Assembly: GCA_964016885.1 (NCBI GenBank) | Contig: OZ024740.1 | Coordinates: forward strand, 345,712,001-345,776,000 | Direction of reading: 5' to 3' | Origin: Eledone cirrhosa | Lineage: Eukaryota | Length of the DNA stretch: 64,000 nt | Made by a program: the position numbers and the translations under genes | The notes under the pieces: model-generated | The model's database searches: none | Told to the model about the DNA's origin: nothing | What the model saw: the letters and a program-made list of their open reading frames with translations, nothing else | Part shown: positions 1 to 14,530 of the stretch, piece after piece | Layout: each line of letters opens with the position of its first letter | How positions within the stretch are numbered: position 1 is the first letter of the stretch

Positions 1-18
1 TTGTAAAAAAAACCTCAC

Positions 19-72
<54 letters not shown>

Positions 73-470
73 TGGCTGCCAACTCGTTTTCGAGTACGGC
101 CAGTACTTTATATCCATTTAGAAGAACCTCTACGGATGCGCTGAACGAGTGTGACTTTTTAGTCCAGCCAGCGACTTGAAAACTCTTGTACAAACACTAC
201 ACTTGTGACAATTATTGACACATAGTGCTGGGCCCATGGTACCATGTGACGACAAGTGCAGAGAGATCTCCAGATATAAAGCAATGCCTGTGCCGTGAAG
301 CTTTTATAGTGAGCAAAGGCACTGCACAAAGCCAGTCCCACTCTCTTAACCCAAGATAATATTTACCAAAAAGAAGAACGATTCAACATCATTGGATACC
401 ATCAGGGTTGCAGGTGTTATATCAGAGTTTTCCTTCTCCTAGAATTCTTCCTTGACAAAGGCTAAGGGGT

Positions 471-1362
<892 letters not shown>

Positions 1363-1655
1363 AATAGATTTAGAAACACACAGATACATGCGGACACACA
1401 CATATACATGAATGCATCCGCACCCAAACGTGAGTTAAGGGTGCCAACTTCACCGATGTTGATCAATGAATGACTGGGACAGACCAATCCGGTTGAACCA
1501 GACTGAACCAGTATCAGAGTTAAAAATACATTATGAAGAGAGAAGAAACATTTAGATATAATTAGTAATAAAATGTATCTTACCTAAACTGCTCCCAGAT
1601 TCCCCGACTACGTAGTTTCGTGGCATAAACAAAAACAATACATCATAAAGATATA

Positions 1656-1733
<78 letters not shown>

Positions 1734-1768
1734 AGTATATATATATATATATATATATATACTTATAT

Positions 1769-1960
1769 AATGAAGGAAATGTGGTAAAGAACCAGGTGGA
1801 CCATAAAGCAACAAAGTACTCAATACTTACGGTAGTAGAGTGGGTAATAGGAACGAGTAGGACCCTGACGTCTAAGCTTAAGCCGATTCGACGGTTAATT
1901 CTGGACTGAATTAGCCGTCGAAACGGCTTGAGCTCAGCCGTCGGGGTCCTACTCGTTCCT
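1769..1960. mobile_element. Fold-back element family A, copy 1 (about 80-bp unique tail plus about 115-bp palindrome) in (TA)n
   Basis: Tail AATGAAGGAAATGTGG...GAGTGGGTAA followed by inverted arms TAGGAACGAGTAGGACCC...GGGGTCCTACTCGTTCCTA. Homologous copies lie at 2227, 7435, 12745, 23255, 41165, 55871 and 56055. Confidence 0.85.
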
Positions 1961-1996
1961 ATATACTTATATACATATATACATGAATATATATAT

Positions 1997-2219
<223 letters not shown>

Positions 2220-2226
2220 CTTATAT

Positions 2227-2412
2227 AACGAAGGAAATGTGGTAAGGAACCAGGTGGACCATAAAGCACCAAAGTACTCAATATTTAGGGTAGTAGAGTG
2301 GGTAATAGAAACGAGTAGGACCCTGACGCTGAGCTTAAGCCGATTCGACGGCTAATTCTGGACTGAATTAGCCGTCGAAACGGCTTGAGCTCAACCGTCG
2401 GGGTCCTACTCT
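2227..2412. mobile_element. Fold-back element family A, copy 2
   Basis: Near-identical to 1769-1960 and preceded by the same ACTTATATA context. Confidence 0.85.
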
Positions 2413-2451
2413 TCAATTTTATTATTACTATATATATATATATATATATAT

Positions 2452-2648
2452 TGGTAAACGGAATAGAAAATGCTGACAAATCGTTCACAGGGAAAAATAG
2501 TTTAGTTAGGAATAAGTGCGAATTAGTAATAATATTGGTTAGTATTCAGTTTTGGTTTTAAGTATTACCGGTTGCGCATTTCTAATAATTTTGAAATAGA
2601 GCGTCCGTGATGTTTGCATTGATCTGATTAGTTTGGGGAATTCTACCT
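2452..2648 (+). repeat. Dispersed repeat family C (starts TGGTAAACGGAATAGAAAATG directly after a TA tract)
   Basis: Homologous to 14192-14530 and 41241-41580; a more diverged reverse copy lies at about 16790-17420. Confidence 0.75.
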
Positions 2649-2680
2649 AATATATATATACATTCTACCTAATATATATT

Positions 2681-2780
<100 letters not shown>

Positions 2781-2803
2781 AATTATATGTATCTGTATGT
2801 ATA

Positions 2804-2915
<112 letters not shown>

Positions 2916-2970
2916 TATACAAATTATATATATCTGTATGTATATATATATATATATACATACAGATACA

Positions 2971-3020
<50 letters not shown>

Positions 3021-3149
3021 AAAAGTTCTATTTAAAATTGTTGGGATACAACAAGTAAATATTTTTATAACTGATATAAAGCACTCGACAAGTATTTGGA
3101 GTAGATATACGATATTAATAAATGGAAACTATATTTATAAAACCATATT

Positions 3150-3214
3150 TATTTCATTATACATATTTCAGGGATACCAAATTAAATTATGGTATGCCTT
3201 CATCAGACAAAATA
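3150..3214 (-). ncRNA. Minimal type I hammerhead ribozyme motif in the inverted pLTR
   Basis: Reverse complement of 6147-6211. Confidence 0.7.
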
Positions 3215-3289
3215 CAATATATAACAGTTTTACAAAGAAGCTCTGATGTACCCTATCAAAATGCAACCATTATTTTTGGAAGCCATCCA

Positions 3290-4483
3290 GGTGTAACCAG
3301 AGGCTTATATCGTGAAGACATGCTTTTACTTATACAAAATAATAGCTCTGAACTAAATAGAAAAAGAAAACAAATTAAACAATTTTTTAATTACCTTAAT
3401 CTAAAAGTAGAAATAGAGAATAACCATAAAATAGTCAATTTTCTTGACGTAACACTAAGTCTCAACACATGTCTTCATTAACCATTTCACAAACTAAATG
3501 AGAACTTGAATTATGTTAATTTTAACTCTAATCACCCCAGATCTGTTAAAAATACTATAGTGAACTCTGTTTAAGAAAGATTTTCAAGAATTTCATCTAA
3601 TAAAATTATATTTGATGAAAAAGCGCAGTACTACAACGAAGCGTTAGGTAGAGCTGGATATAGAAATCAAATTAAATACATTGATAATAATAATAATAAG
3701 CAAACTAACCAAAATAATAACAATTTTAATTATGGTAACAACTTTAACAACTATAATAGAAAACATTACAATAATTCCAAAAGCCGAAAAAGAAATTGAA
3801 CTAGAAATATATTATGGTTTGCTCCCCCTTTCTCAGTAAATATTAAAACCCCTATTGCTAAACTATTCTTTAAAGCTCCTGACAAACGCTTCCCTAGAAC
3901 ACATAAATATTACTCAATTTTTAATAGACACACTATAAAATTAACTTACTCGTCCACCAAAAACTTAGCACAAAATATTAATAGAATTAATAATAGAAAT
4001 TTAAAATCTAACCAAAATACCAATAATAACCCAAGCAATATTCAATTGAATAACTGTAACTGTAGAAATAAATCTAACTGTCCGTTAAATAACAACTGCT
4101 TAGCTAAAAATGTAGTGTACAATTGTAATGTTAAAACTAATTTAAATTCATTTAACTATGTTGGTTCTACCTCTACAGAATTTAAATTTCGCTTCAATAA
4201 TCATAAAAATTATTTCACAGATCCAAACAAAAAATCTTCAACTTCGCTATCTAGCCTACTATGGGACCTAAAGCGAGATAATGTTAAATATTCGATGACT
4301 TGGAATATTATTTCATCAGCTACTTCTTTTAATTCCTCTTCAGAAAATTGTGATCTTTGTATTGAAGAAATATTCTTTATATTAAAGTCCAAAAATTCCC
4401 TTAATTTAAGGAACAATTTATTCAGTTGCTGCAGACATAGATTGAACTCAACGTTTAAATATAAATATAAATTTAAAATGTAG
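3290..4483 (+). pseudogene. PLE polyprotein remnant: RT C-terminal half plus GIY-YIG endonuclease, with in-frame stops
   Basis: GLYRED (RT catalytic motif region), VNFLDVTL, SNHP, then CNCRNKSNCPLNNNC, VVY...YVGST, FKFRFNNH, CDLCIEE, NLRNNL..CRH. Stop codons interrupt the RT region. Confidence 0.88.
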
Positions 4484-6146
4484 TATAATTAATTAAGTAA
4501 TTTAGTTAATATATGAAACATGTCGATAAATCATTAGATTCCTTCACCTTTTTCTTTTTAAACTTTCTTCCTAAATATAAACATAGATATAATAAACTAC
4601 TCTAAAATGTCTATACTTCCAGTGTCTTAGATAAAATATTCGTAAGATAAATCTCTATATTAATATAAGGATATCTGTAGAATCCTTCGGTTTTTCAAAT
4701 CTTTTAAATTTTTAAATTTTTACATTTTTTAAACTATTTTAAATATATAAAATATTTTAACTTTTTTAAATTTTTAAATTTTTAAATTTTTTAATTATAT
4801 TGATATAATATTTATTTAACTTTATTTTTATTTTTATTTTTATTTTTAATTTTATTTATTTTTATTAGTTTTGTTTTGATTCTGATAGCTTCTCATAATT
4901 TTCATAAGTAGGATAAATTTCTATACTAAATATATGAAACATATTATTTTAACTTAAGATACTCTATAGTGTTTTAAACATATTTAATGCTTTGATATTT
5001 CTAGAATTCGTTTGTCCTTTTGACTATACTGATATAATTGTGTTTCCAAAATATAATCCTTTGGTATTTTAAATTTATATTGTTATAATTATATTTCCAA
5101 AGTATAATCCTTAGTAATATATTGATATTTGATTATCTCTATACAAATGTGTATGTGTGTATTAACATGCATATAAAAGTGTTATAGGTTTTTTATGATT
5201 GTGTATATATCTGTATGTATACATCAGCGATGCGGGAAGACGCACGCAAATATTTATTTATACATATGTGTGTGTATATATATATATGTATATCTATGTG
5301 TGTGGGTAAGAGATATGTTGCCTAACCACGCAGTTTTGATTGCAGATATGCATAATTTTAATAGAATGTTAAATGCATGAATGGTAATCGTATATATGAA
5401 GACATGAATGTTAATCGTATATATTTACGTATATATACTGTAAACTTTTTTATAACACAAGAAATCGTCTGCGTTTTTGTATGTCTATATTGTTGACTTG
5501 AGTAAATATATTCTCAGGACGTGCGTATATATATATATATATTTGTGTGTCTTTGCCTAAGATAATGATTTCTCTAGGATTTTGGTTGATTAAACCCAAA
5601 TTTTGGTATATTGATCTCAAGTTTTAAACTAAACATGTAGTCATTATTGAACAATGTTTAATTTCTCATATTATATATTTATGTCCCATTCATGAATATT
5701 AATATTTATATTTTTATTATTCATTTCATATAAATTGTTAACTCAACTTAATATGACATGACGTAAAGTTTTCATTTTCTCCCCCTCTCTCTATATAATA
5801 TTTCTCTCTCTTGAGTTTTTCTATCTGTCTGATGAGTTAATATCTCTCTGTTGCTTTCCTCTGTTTTTCTTATTTCTTATTTCTTCCTTTTTTCTTTCTT
5901 TCCTCCTGTCTTTATTTATCTCTTTCTTTCTTTTTTCTCCATGCATCTCTCTCTCTCCGATACTTCTCCACGTTTTTTCTTTCCCTCTCTCCGTCTTTTT
6001 CTTTCTCTCCTTCTTTTTCTAATTGTCCTTAACACTATGACTTATTAACATAATATAAACAACTCACTATCCGGATGGCTTCCCAAAATAATGGTTGCAT
6101 TTTAATAGGGTACGTGAAAGCTTATTTGTAAAACTGTTATATATTG

Positions 6147-6211
6147 TATTTTGTCTGATGAAGGCATACCATAATTTAATTTGGTATCCCTGAAATATGT
6201 ATAATGAAATA
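6147..6211 (+). ncRNA. Minimal type I hammerhead ribozyme motif in the PLE pLTR
   Basis: TATTTTGT-CTGATGA-stem II (AGGcATACCA/TGGTATcCCT)-GAAA-TATGTA-TA-ATGAAATA. Stem I pairs with G-U wobbles, and AATAAA follows. Confidence 0.72.
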
Positions 6212-6262
6212 AATATGGTTTTATAAATATAGTTTCCATTTATTAATATCGTATATATATAT

Positions 6263-6313
<51 letters not shown>

Positions 6314-6333
6314 CATATATATATATACATATG

Positions 6334-6488
<155 letters not shown>

Positions 6489-6525
6489 AAGTAGTATATT
6501 TACTAACATATATATACAGATGCAA

Positions 6526-7097
6526 GTAAGTAAGTTATTTTTTATAATTTTCTTATTTTACATCTCTCATATTATTGTTCTGCATCCCCATGCATTTGAC
6601 CACAAAGTTACTAAGACAAAACCTATATATTTGCTGGCATAGGTATGCATCTGTATATATGCATCTGTAAATATACTAATTCTTTATAATTATCTCCAAA
6701 TTATTTTGTCGAGCCAAAATTGGCCAAAACTGCTACTTTAGGTCATAGTAACAGTCCGGCTGCTGTCTTCTTAACAAACCACTCTTCACCGATTGACCTC
6801 GATGTACGTGATTGATTCTTTTGAATTTTCCACCGACGTAGTAGGCAGTGAATTTTTCAATGGCTTGGGACTTAGTCCACGCTTTGCTTTTTTCCATCCA
6901 CTGAATTATTTTTGTATAAGTTCCCTGTGTCCACATATTGCCTGGAAACTTAGCTGAGAATAGACTTCCCTGATGACGAAAGGCTTCTCCGTACGTTTCT
7001 TCGGAAACTACGTTTATTCCCTTTCAGAAACTAATTAGTTGGAGTAAAATTTTGGTAAGTAAGTTAATTTTTATAATTTTCTTATATTACGTCTCTC

Positions 7098-7100
<3 letters not shown>
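6526..7100 (+). mobile_element. Non-coding element with 529-bp-period terminal direct repeat and incomplete HHR core
   Basis: GTAAGTAAGTTA..TTTTATAATTTTCTTAT..TAC.TCTCTCATAT occurs at 6526 and 7055. CTGATGA-CGAA...TTCG-GAAACTACGT lies at about 6970-7013 with no cleavage triplet or stem I partner. Confidence 0.45.
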
Positions 7101-7133
<33 letters not shown>

Positions 7134-7262
7134 GAGAGACGTAAAATAAGAAAATTATATGTATATATATGTATATATATATGTATATAAATATATATAT
7201 ATATAGTAATAATAATAAATTTGAAGACTAAATTTGAAGATTCAAATCTGTTATTTTAATAA

Positions 7263-7407
<145 letters not shown>

Positions 7408-7434
7408 GTATATATATATGCTATATATATATAT

Positions 7435-7529
7435 GTACTACTCGTTCATATTACCCACTCTACTACCCTAAGTATTGAGTACTTTGGTGCGTTATGGTCC
7501 ACCTGTTTCCTTACCAGATTTCCTTCGTT
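7435..7529. mobile_element. Family A tail fragment, opposite orientation to copy 1
   Basis: Reverse complement of about 1769-1860; flanked by (TA)n. Confidence 0.8.
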
Positions 7530-7531
7530 AA

Positions 7532-7692
<161 letters not shown>

Positions 7693-7694
7693 CT

Positions 7695-7762
<68 letters not shown>

Positions 7763-8026
7763 CATATATATATACATATCTCAATACCTAATTAGTTTAA
7801 CATCTTTTCACAAACGCTTTTATATCTTTTACAAATATACCCATCTTTCTACCTTATTTCAGTATACTATATTATACAGTTTACTCATTCTATGTCGTTA
7901 GCGGTCCCCTATCATTCTATTTTTTTTATCCTTTTTCCTTTCTTCCTTTTTTCTTTTTTTAATTTCTAATCTTTAATCTGCAACTTTTAATTCTCAATTA
8001 CTTCTTAATTCATATTATTACTCACT

Positions 8027-8145
8027 AGAGTTCAAATCCCGCCGAGGTTGACTTTGCCTTTCATCCTTGCGGGGTCGATAAAATAAAGTACCAGTGGTGC
8101 ACTGGGTAATTGCTGGCCTTGTGCCTAAAGTAGAAACAATTATTA
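8027..8145 (+). mobile_element. 5'-truncated tRNA-derived SINE
   Basis: B-box GAGTTCAAATCC plus core GACTTTGCCTTTCATCCTT.CGGGGTCGATAAAATAAAGTACCAG shared with the 12371 copy. Confidence 0.8.
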
Positions 8146-8877
8146 CTCACTATAGCATTTTCCTTTTTCCTTATATTCTTGGCCATACAAACTATATTTT
8201 TAATATATACTAATATTACCATTAGTAAATTTTGTAAACATATATATTTGTTGACGTTATTTTTTCTTCTCCCTTATATTTTCTTCTTTCTTCTCTCCTT
8301 CCGTGCTCGTATTAAACCTATTATTTACTTTTACATATTACAATACATAAAAACAAACTTAAAACCTAACTAATTCCTCTAAGTTCATAATTCATTTAAT
8401 CTCTCCTTCATTCACCTTATATACGTAATATTTTAATTTTAATAATACATATTAATAAATTCTTTTTTCGCACATATTATTAAAGCCTTCAATATATAAA
8501 CCTTAAATAAATACTATTCTTAATTCCTTTCTCTTTAATCATATACATCACCATTCATAAACCTCATTAACTTTTAATTTCAAAATCTTTTTAAATTATC
8601 TATTATCTTACAACGGTTTTAATAATTTCTCTCTGTGAGACAGTGTTTCTCAGTAGTAAATGCTATCTCTCTCTCTCTCTCTCACTCATTTCTCCTCCTC
8701 TCTCATCCTCCCTTCTTATACTCCTCCCCCGTCATCCTTTATTTTCTTTCTTCATCTTCCTTACACCCCCCCTCCTTTTTTCCCCAATGTCATATATCCA
8801 TCTTACTTTATTTTTCATATGTTGATTTAACACTTCACTGTTCGCAAGTGTTTTTTAAGCTTCATATTATGTCTCCC

Positions 8878-8948
8878 TATTTTATCTGATGAGAACGCAA
8901 ATATCATCCCTTGATGATATTTGTTTTTGAAATGCGCATAATAAAATA
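8878..8948 (+). ncRNA. Minimal type I hammerhead ribozyme motif with palindromic stem III
   Basis: TATTTTAT-CTGATGA (8886-8892)-long stem II (CAAATATCATC/GATGATATTTG)-GAAA-TGCGCA-TA-ATAAAATA. Stem I is 8 bp perfect. Homologous to the arms at 62166-62507. Confidence 0.8.
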
Positions 8949-9085
8949 CATGGAACTCTTTTAACCATCTTTTGATCTTATATTATTTATACTCCAGTCC
9001 TATAAACTGTGGAGTGCTACTTATCCGATATTTGCATTGCTTTATTGTGCTACAATAAAACTCACATATATTATTAATATATATA

Positions 9086-9239
9086 TTAATAATAAATTTG
9101 AAGACTAAAATCCAAAGAAAGCTCGATAAGGATAAATTTATATCAAATATATAAGAACCGTAGAGCAAATATTTATTAAAATAACAGATTAAAGTTTAAG
9201 CAAAGAATCGGTGTTTTCACCCTCATCTGTTATTTTAAT

Positions 9240-9240
<1 letters not shown>
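9086..9240 (-). mobile_element. Fold-back element family B, short copy
   Basis: Reverse complement of about 20430-20570 plus a 16-bp inverted end ATCTGTTATTTTAATA; a smaller fragment lies at about 7207-7262. Confidence 0.7.
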
Positions 9241-9283
<43 letters not shown>

Positions 9284-9738
9284 TCACATGCCTCATACAC
9301 TCTCAGGAACAACTATTTACCAGTCTCTCTCTTGTTCTCACCGTCTCTATTTCTCGTCTAAGAGAAAAAGAGAGAAGTGTAAGAGAATAAAATAGTTAGA
9401 TGAGAGACAGAGAGACAATCTGAATGCGATTATGAGATATAGGAATTGAGTTGAATTACAAGCGTCATTTTTTAAACGACGAGATGGAAGTTTGTTGTGC
9501 TAAAATCAATATTCTTAAAATGCCATAGGAGTTGTGGTGTTATATCATTAGCAACTAAACTAATTATAAGCCCGTTAGTATCTAAGAGAACGATTTAACG
9601 AAATTAACTTTCTAAAACCGAACTAATTAGATGCATTGATGATACATTCTTGAATATGTTTGCGTATAGACTGCATGATAATTTGCATAATGTGTCCGAC
9701 TCGCTTTTTAAATTTCTATGTATTTTCTATATATAGTA

Positions 9739-9769
<31 letters not shown>

Positions 9770-10339
9770 GGTGGTGGGTGGGGCTTATATTACTAAATTG
9801 ACCATGCCGTTTAATAATATACAGAGATAAATAGTTAGTTAGATAGATAGATAGATACGTTATTTAAATTACATATTCGTTACATCTTCTAATTTGCCGT
9901 TTTGTAATTAGACTTAAAGTACATGTATACATATGTTCAATTATATTAATCGATATGAATGAACCAGAAGTACATACAATATACAAAATTTGCTGATTGT
10001 TCTGCGAGTTTAATTATTTATTTTTAATAAATAATCGTATATATATTTTACCATAAAAATGGAAAATTGTCGTAAGCAAGTGTGTATTCGTTAAACCTCC
10101 GTGAGACAGTTTGAACAAATTGAATCATATCATATAATACATACATATCCAAATACACACACACACGCATGAATATATATATATATATATATACATTTAT
10201 ATGTATATATACATTTATATGTATATATACATTTATATGTATATATATTTATATTTACATTTATATATATATATTTACATTATATATATATATATATATA
10301 TACGTATTTACATTATATATATATATATATATATAAGCC

Positions 10340-11230
10340 AGGACTTTTCTTCCGAACGCTGGATGAGTGCTTACAGACGACAAATAAGTACCACAAAATA
10401 TTCAACCGCCACACGGTGATATTTTCCTTCTCCACAGCGCCGAATATGGCCGACTACATGGCTAGAACTACGCGGTGAAGATGGTAAAGATGGCGCACAC
10501 TGGCCGTCAACCGCGGCGGCAGAGTAACCATGTTTCGGAGCGCGGAGAACCACCTAGGGACTTGCCTTCAAATGACAACCCGGCCCCCGAGGGGACCAGA
10601 CCGCCCGCTGAGGGCGATATCGTCCAACACCGAGAGGGAAATAGTGACATGGGAGGGACAACAGTGTCGGTGGTGCAACAACCTGAGAAACTTGAGAGGG
10701 CCATAACAGATAGGGGCCCAGTCATCCGACGCACAATAAATGACAGCAGAACTTGCAACTGTAGAGCGGGCACCCAGTGCCCCCTACAGGGAAAATGCTT
10801 AATGAAAGACTTAATATACAAGTGTGTGGTTGCAACCCAAAATGCGCATCGAACCTACATCTGCGCAACATCCACGACCTTTAAATCGCGGATGTATAAT
10901 CACACGAATTCCTTCAGGGACCGTAGCAAAAGGCACTCCACTAGGTTAGCGGACCTCGTGTGGGACATGAAAGACCACGGCACTCCATACACCCTGGAAT
11001 GGAGTATCGTTCGCCATGCGAGGGCATATTCGGCCGGAATTAGAAAGTGCCGATTGTGCCTACACGAGGCCATGGAGATAGTCAGACTGAAGGATTACGC
11101 CGTCAACCTGAAATCTGAAATTATTATGACATGCAGACACCAGATAAGATGCATATTTGCAGCTTGGAATCTGCCGGGTGACGCAGGCAGGGGGCATGGG
11201 AATGAGTACGCACAGACTCGATTGGCCTAG
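10340..11230 (+). pseudogene. 5'-truncated GC-rich PLE fragment: linker plus GIY-YIG endonuclease (open 10475-11230)
   Basis: CNCRAGTQCPLQGKC, LIYKC...TYICATSTTFKSRMYNH, WSIV, CRLCLHE, NLKSE..CRH. Same motif order as 4046-4483; begins abruptly after (TA)n. Confidence 0.85.
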
Positions 11231-12029
11231 CGGGATTAGGGGACCTGACGCCATGCCATGATGACGGTGTCCGACCTGTGGGGAAATCATATGTAAACCG
11301 GGTGCACACGTGACCGGGCACACAACATTGGAAGTTACACCGCATGTGCCGGGACCGGATGACACGGTACCCACTGCCACCCGGTCCTGTGCAATAAACG
11401 TATAGAACAGCACACCCCAGCCATGGTGCCATGCCCCATGGCGACCGTGGTGGGCATCACATTGAATGTGAACACCGTCAATCGTGACTATGTACTCTAC
11501 ATCTGTTCCATTTTGGAACAGTGATTATTAATATCATTATTGTTCTCTCATTGTTCTGTTACTGTTACCTGTTCTATACACGGACACAAGTTTGTATCTC
11601 ATAATACCTGTGTGTAGTATATCGCATGGAAGCACGCACCTTCTCCTGTACCCCCCCCCCCCGTTTTTTATTTTTTATTTCACCCGTTCCTTTATTTTAC
11701 CCCTTCTTTTCTTGTTTCTATTTATACAGTTACATACAGATTTTAATGTACCCAAAAATATTGTAAATTTATTTATTTATTTAATTTTATTATCATATTT
11801 TGTTTATATTCCCGTTTTTTTTATGTGTGGACATGTATGTGGGTATATGTGACTGTGTGTGTGAGTAGATGCGTATGTATGCATATATATACGTGTGTGG
11901 GTGCTGGGATGTATGTATGGGCATGGGTGCGTGTGTGCACGAGCATATACGCGCCTGTATGTGCAGACATGTGCATATATATATATATGTGGCGGAATGT
12001 GGGTTTATGTGTGTGTGGGTATGTGTATA

Positions 12030-12105
<76 letters not shown>

Positions 12106-12370
12106 TATGTATATATGTGTGAGTATGTACGTATAGCCACGTATGGGTAGGTGTGTGTGTGTGGGTGGGTAAGTGTGCGTATATATATGTGTGTGTGCAT
12201 GTGTATATATGTGGATGTGTATGTGGGTGCAGGTGCATGCATATGCGGGCCTCTATATGTGTGTATATGTATTTGTGCATACAAGTATGTGTTTATGTGC
12301 ATCTCATAGGAATGTGAGCGGATGTTTATATATGGACTATATATGCTTTTTATTATTACTACTATTTGTT

Positions 12371-12563
12371 AAGGGCGGTGGATTGGCAGTATCGGTAGAG
12401 GGTCGGACGCCATGCTTTCCAGCATAGTTACGTCCCTTTACGATCTGAGTTCACATCCCGTCGAGGTTGACTTTGTCTTTCATCCTTACGGGGTCGATAA
12501 AATAAAGTACCAGTAATGCACTGGGTAATTGCTGGCCTTGTGCCTAAAGTAGAAACAATTATT
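12371..12563 (+). mobile_element. Full-length tRNA-derived SINE (octopus-type, Meta/MESC-like core)
   Basis: A-box-like TGGCAGTATCGGTAG, B-box-like GAGTTCACATCC, conserved core and ATT-rich tail. The family name is from recollection, not a search. Confidence 0.8.
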
Positions 12564-12744
12564 ACTACTATTTTTTTCATTATTACTATTATTCTTGTTG
12601 TATTATTTTATCACATATCCTCTATATATATCCGTATATATCCATATATGTATGTATGAGTCTGTGTACGTGTGTGTGTGTATATATATGTATATATATG
12701 TATATGTATATAATAGGGGGATATATATATATATATATATATAT

Positions 12745-12942
12745 AACGAAGGAAATGTGGTACGGAACCAGATGGACAATAACGCACCATACTTAGGGTA
12801 GTAGAGTGGGTAATAGGGACGAGTAGTACGCTGACGGCTGAGCTCGAGCCGTTTCGACGGCTAGTTCTGGACTAAAATATTTTAGTCCAGAATTAGCCGT
12901 CGAGACGGCTTGAGCTCAGCCGTCGGGGTCCTACTCGTTCCT
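12745..12942. mobile_element. Fold-back element family A, copy with the longest palindrome centre
   Basis: Tail plus arms centred on GGACTAAAATATTTTAGTCC; flanked by (TA)n. Confidence 0.85.
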
Positions 12943-14145
12943 ATATATATATATATATATATCATATTGTATATTATATTACATTGTATATTTTTTTTTG
13001 TTACAGTAATTCACCGTTATTTTATGTTTTTATTGCATAATGAATTTTTAACTGTTCACTTACAGGTGTGTTTATATATGTATATGTGGTAGGACATGTG
13101 TGTGTAAGCAGATATGCATGCGTGCATATGTATGCACGTGGCAACACGTATGCGTATGCATGTGTAGATGTATGTATATCGGCATATGCGTGGCTATTTG
13201 TATGTATGTGTTGATGTGCAGTCGCATGTTATGTCGTCTCTTTTCTTTTGTGTGTAAATATGTATATATATGTATATACATATATATATATATGTGTGTG
13301 TATATGTACGTGTGTAGGTAATGTTCATGTACGTATGTGCATTTGTATGTATGTGTGGACATGTGTGAGTATACATTTATATATATATGTGTGTGTATGT
13401 ATATGTGTGTATATATATATGTGTGTATATATGTATATATGTGTATGTATGTGTGTATGTATATATGTGTGTGTATGAGTGTTTATATATATATAGATAT
13501 ATATAGATATTTAAATGTATAGAAGGTTGGGCGTTTGTATATGTGCGCGCGTATGTATGTATATATGTGTATGTTTGAGTGGGGTATGCTAATCCCAATT
13601 AACACAGAGCGCGAATGAAACAACCATCAGAAGGCTCGTGGCGGTATGCATCAACAAGTGGGTGTGAATGGGTCCGTGTGGGTGAGAGAGAGATGGTGTG
13701 CGAGTATATATACTTCGATGTATGTATGCGGGTGTGTGTGTGTCTGCGCATGAAGGCGTACGTCTGTGTATGCATAGATGGGTATGTGTCTGCATGTGTG
13801 TGTGTGTTAATGTGTGTATTTTAGTATATATGTATGTATGTATGTATACATGTGTGTGTATGTATATATATGTATATATATGTATGTATATATATGTATA
13901 TATATGTATGTATGTATATATATTTATGGTGTATGTGAATTAGTGCGTGTGTATTTGTGTCTCTGTTAATCGATGAATGTGCTTGCTTGTGAATATGTTT
14001 ATACAGATTTACAACATTATATATTTTCTGTATTTTACAAAATTACCCCCGCTCGTTTGTTTATATGATTTTCCGCCATCTACTCATATATATGTTTTTC
14101 CCCACACTTATCTCATGAATGAATGCATGCATTTATGTATGTGTT

Positions 14146-14191
<46 letters not shown>

Positions 14192-14195
<4 letters not shown>

Positions 14196-14530
14196 TAAAC
14201 GGAATAGAAAATGCTGACAAATTGTTCACAGTGAAAAATAGTTTAATTAGGAATAAGTGAGAATTAGTAATAGTATTGATTAGTATTCAGTTTTCGTTTT
14301 AAGTTCTACCGGTTGCGCATTTCTAATGCTTTTCAAAAATAATTTTGAGATAGAGCGTCCGTGATGTTTGCTCTGATCTGATTAGTTTTGGGAATTCTAC
14401 CTGTTTTTATGTTAAAAAAGTGGCTCCAGCGGTATTAGAATAAATTTTGCCGCAATTCGTGTTGCAAAAATTCTTGTGGTCAAAACAATTATGATTGGTC
14501 GGTAGAGGTCATGTGAATGTAAAAAATTGA
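14192..14530 (+). repeat. Dispersed repeat family C
   Basis: Same start and sequence as 2452-2648, extending further 3'. Confidence 0.72.

Larger units (their letters stand above)
3105..6252 (+). mobile_element. 5'-truncated Penelope-like retroelement with an inverted copy of its 3' pseudo-LTR at the 5' end
   Basis: 3105-3290 is the reverse complement of 6071-6252; a PLE RT/GIY-YIG remnant lies between them; the 3' end abuts (TA)n. Confidence 0.88.

Noticed and set aside
1847-1962. Complete HHR in family A using CTGACG in the left arm
   Set aside because: The core lacks A9 (CTGACGT, CTGACGC or CTGACGG) and is explained as the inverted copy of the GTC site.
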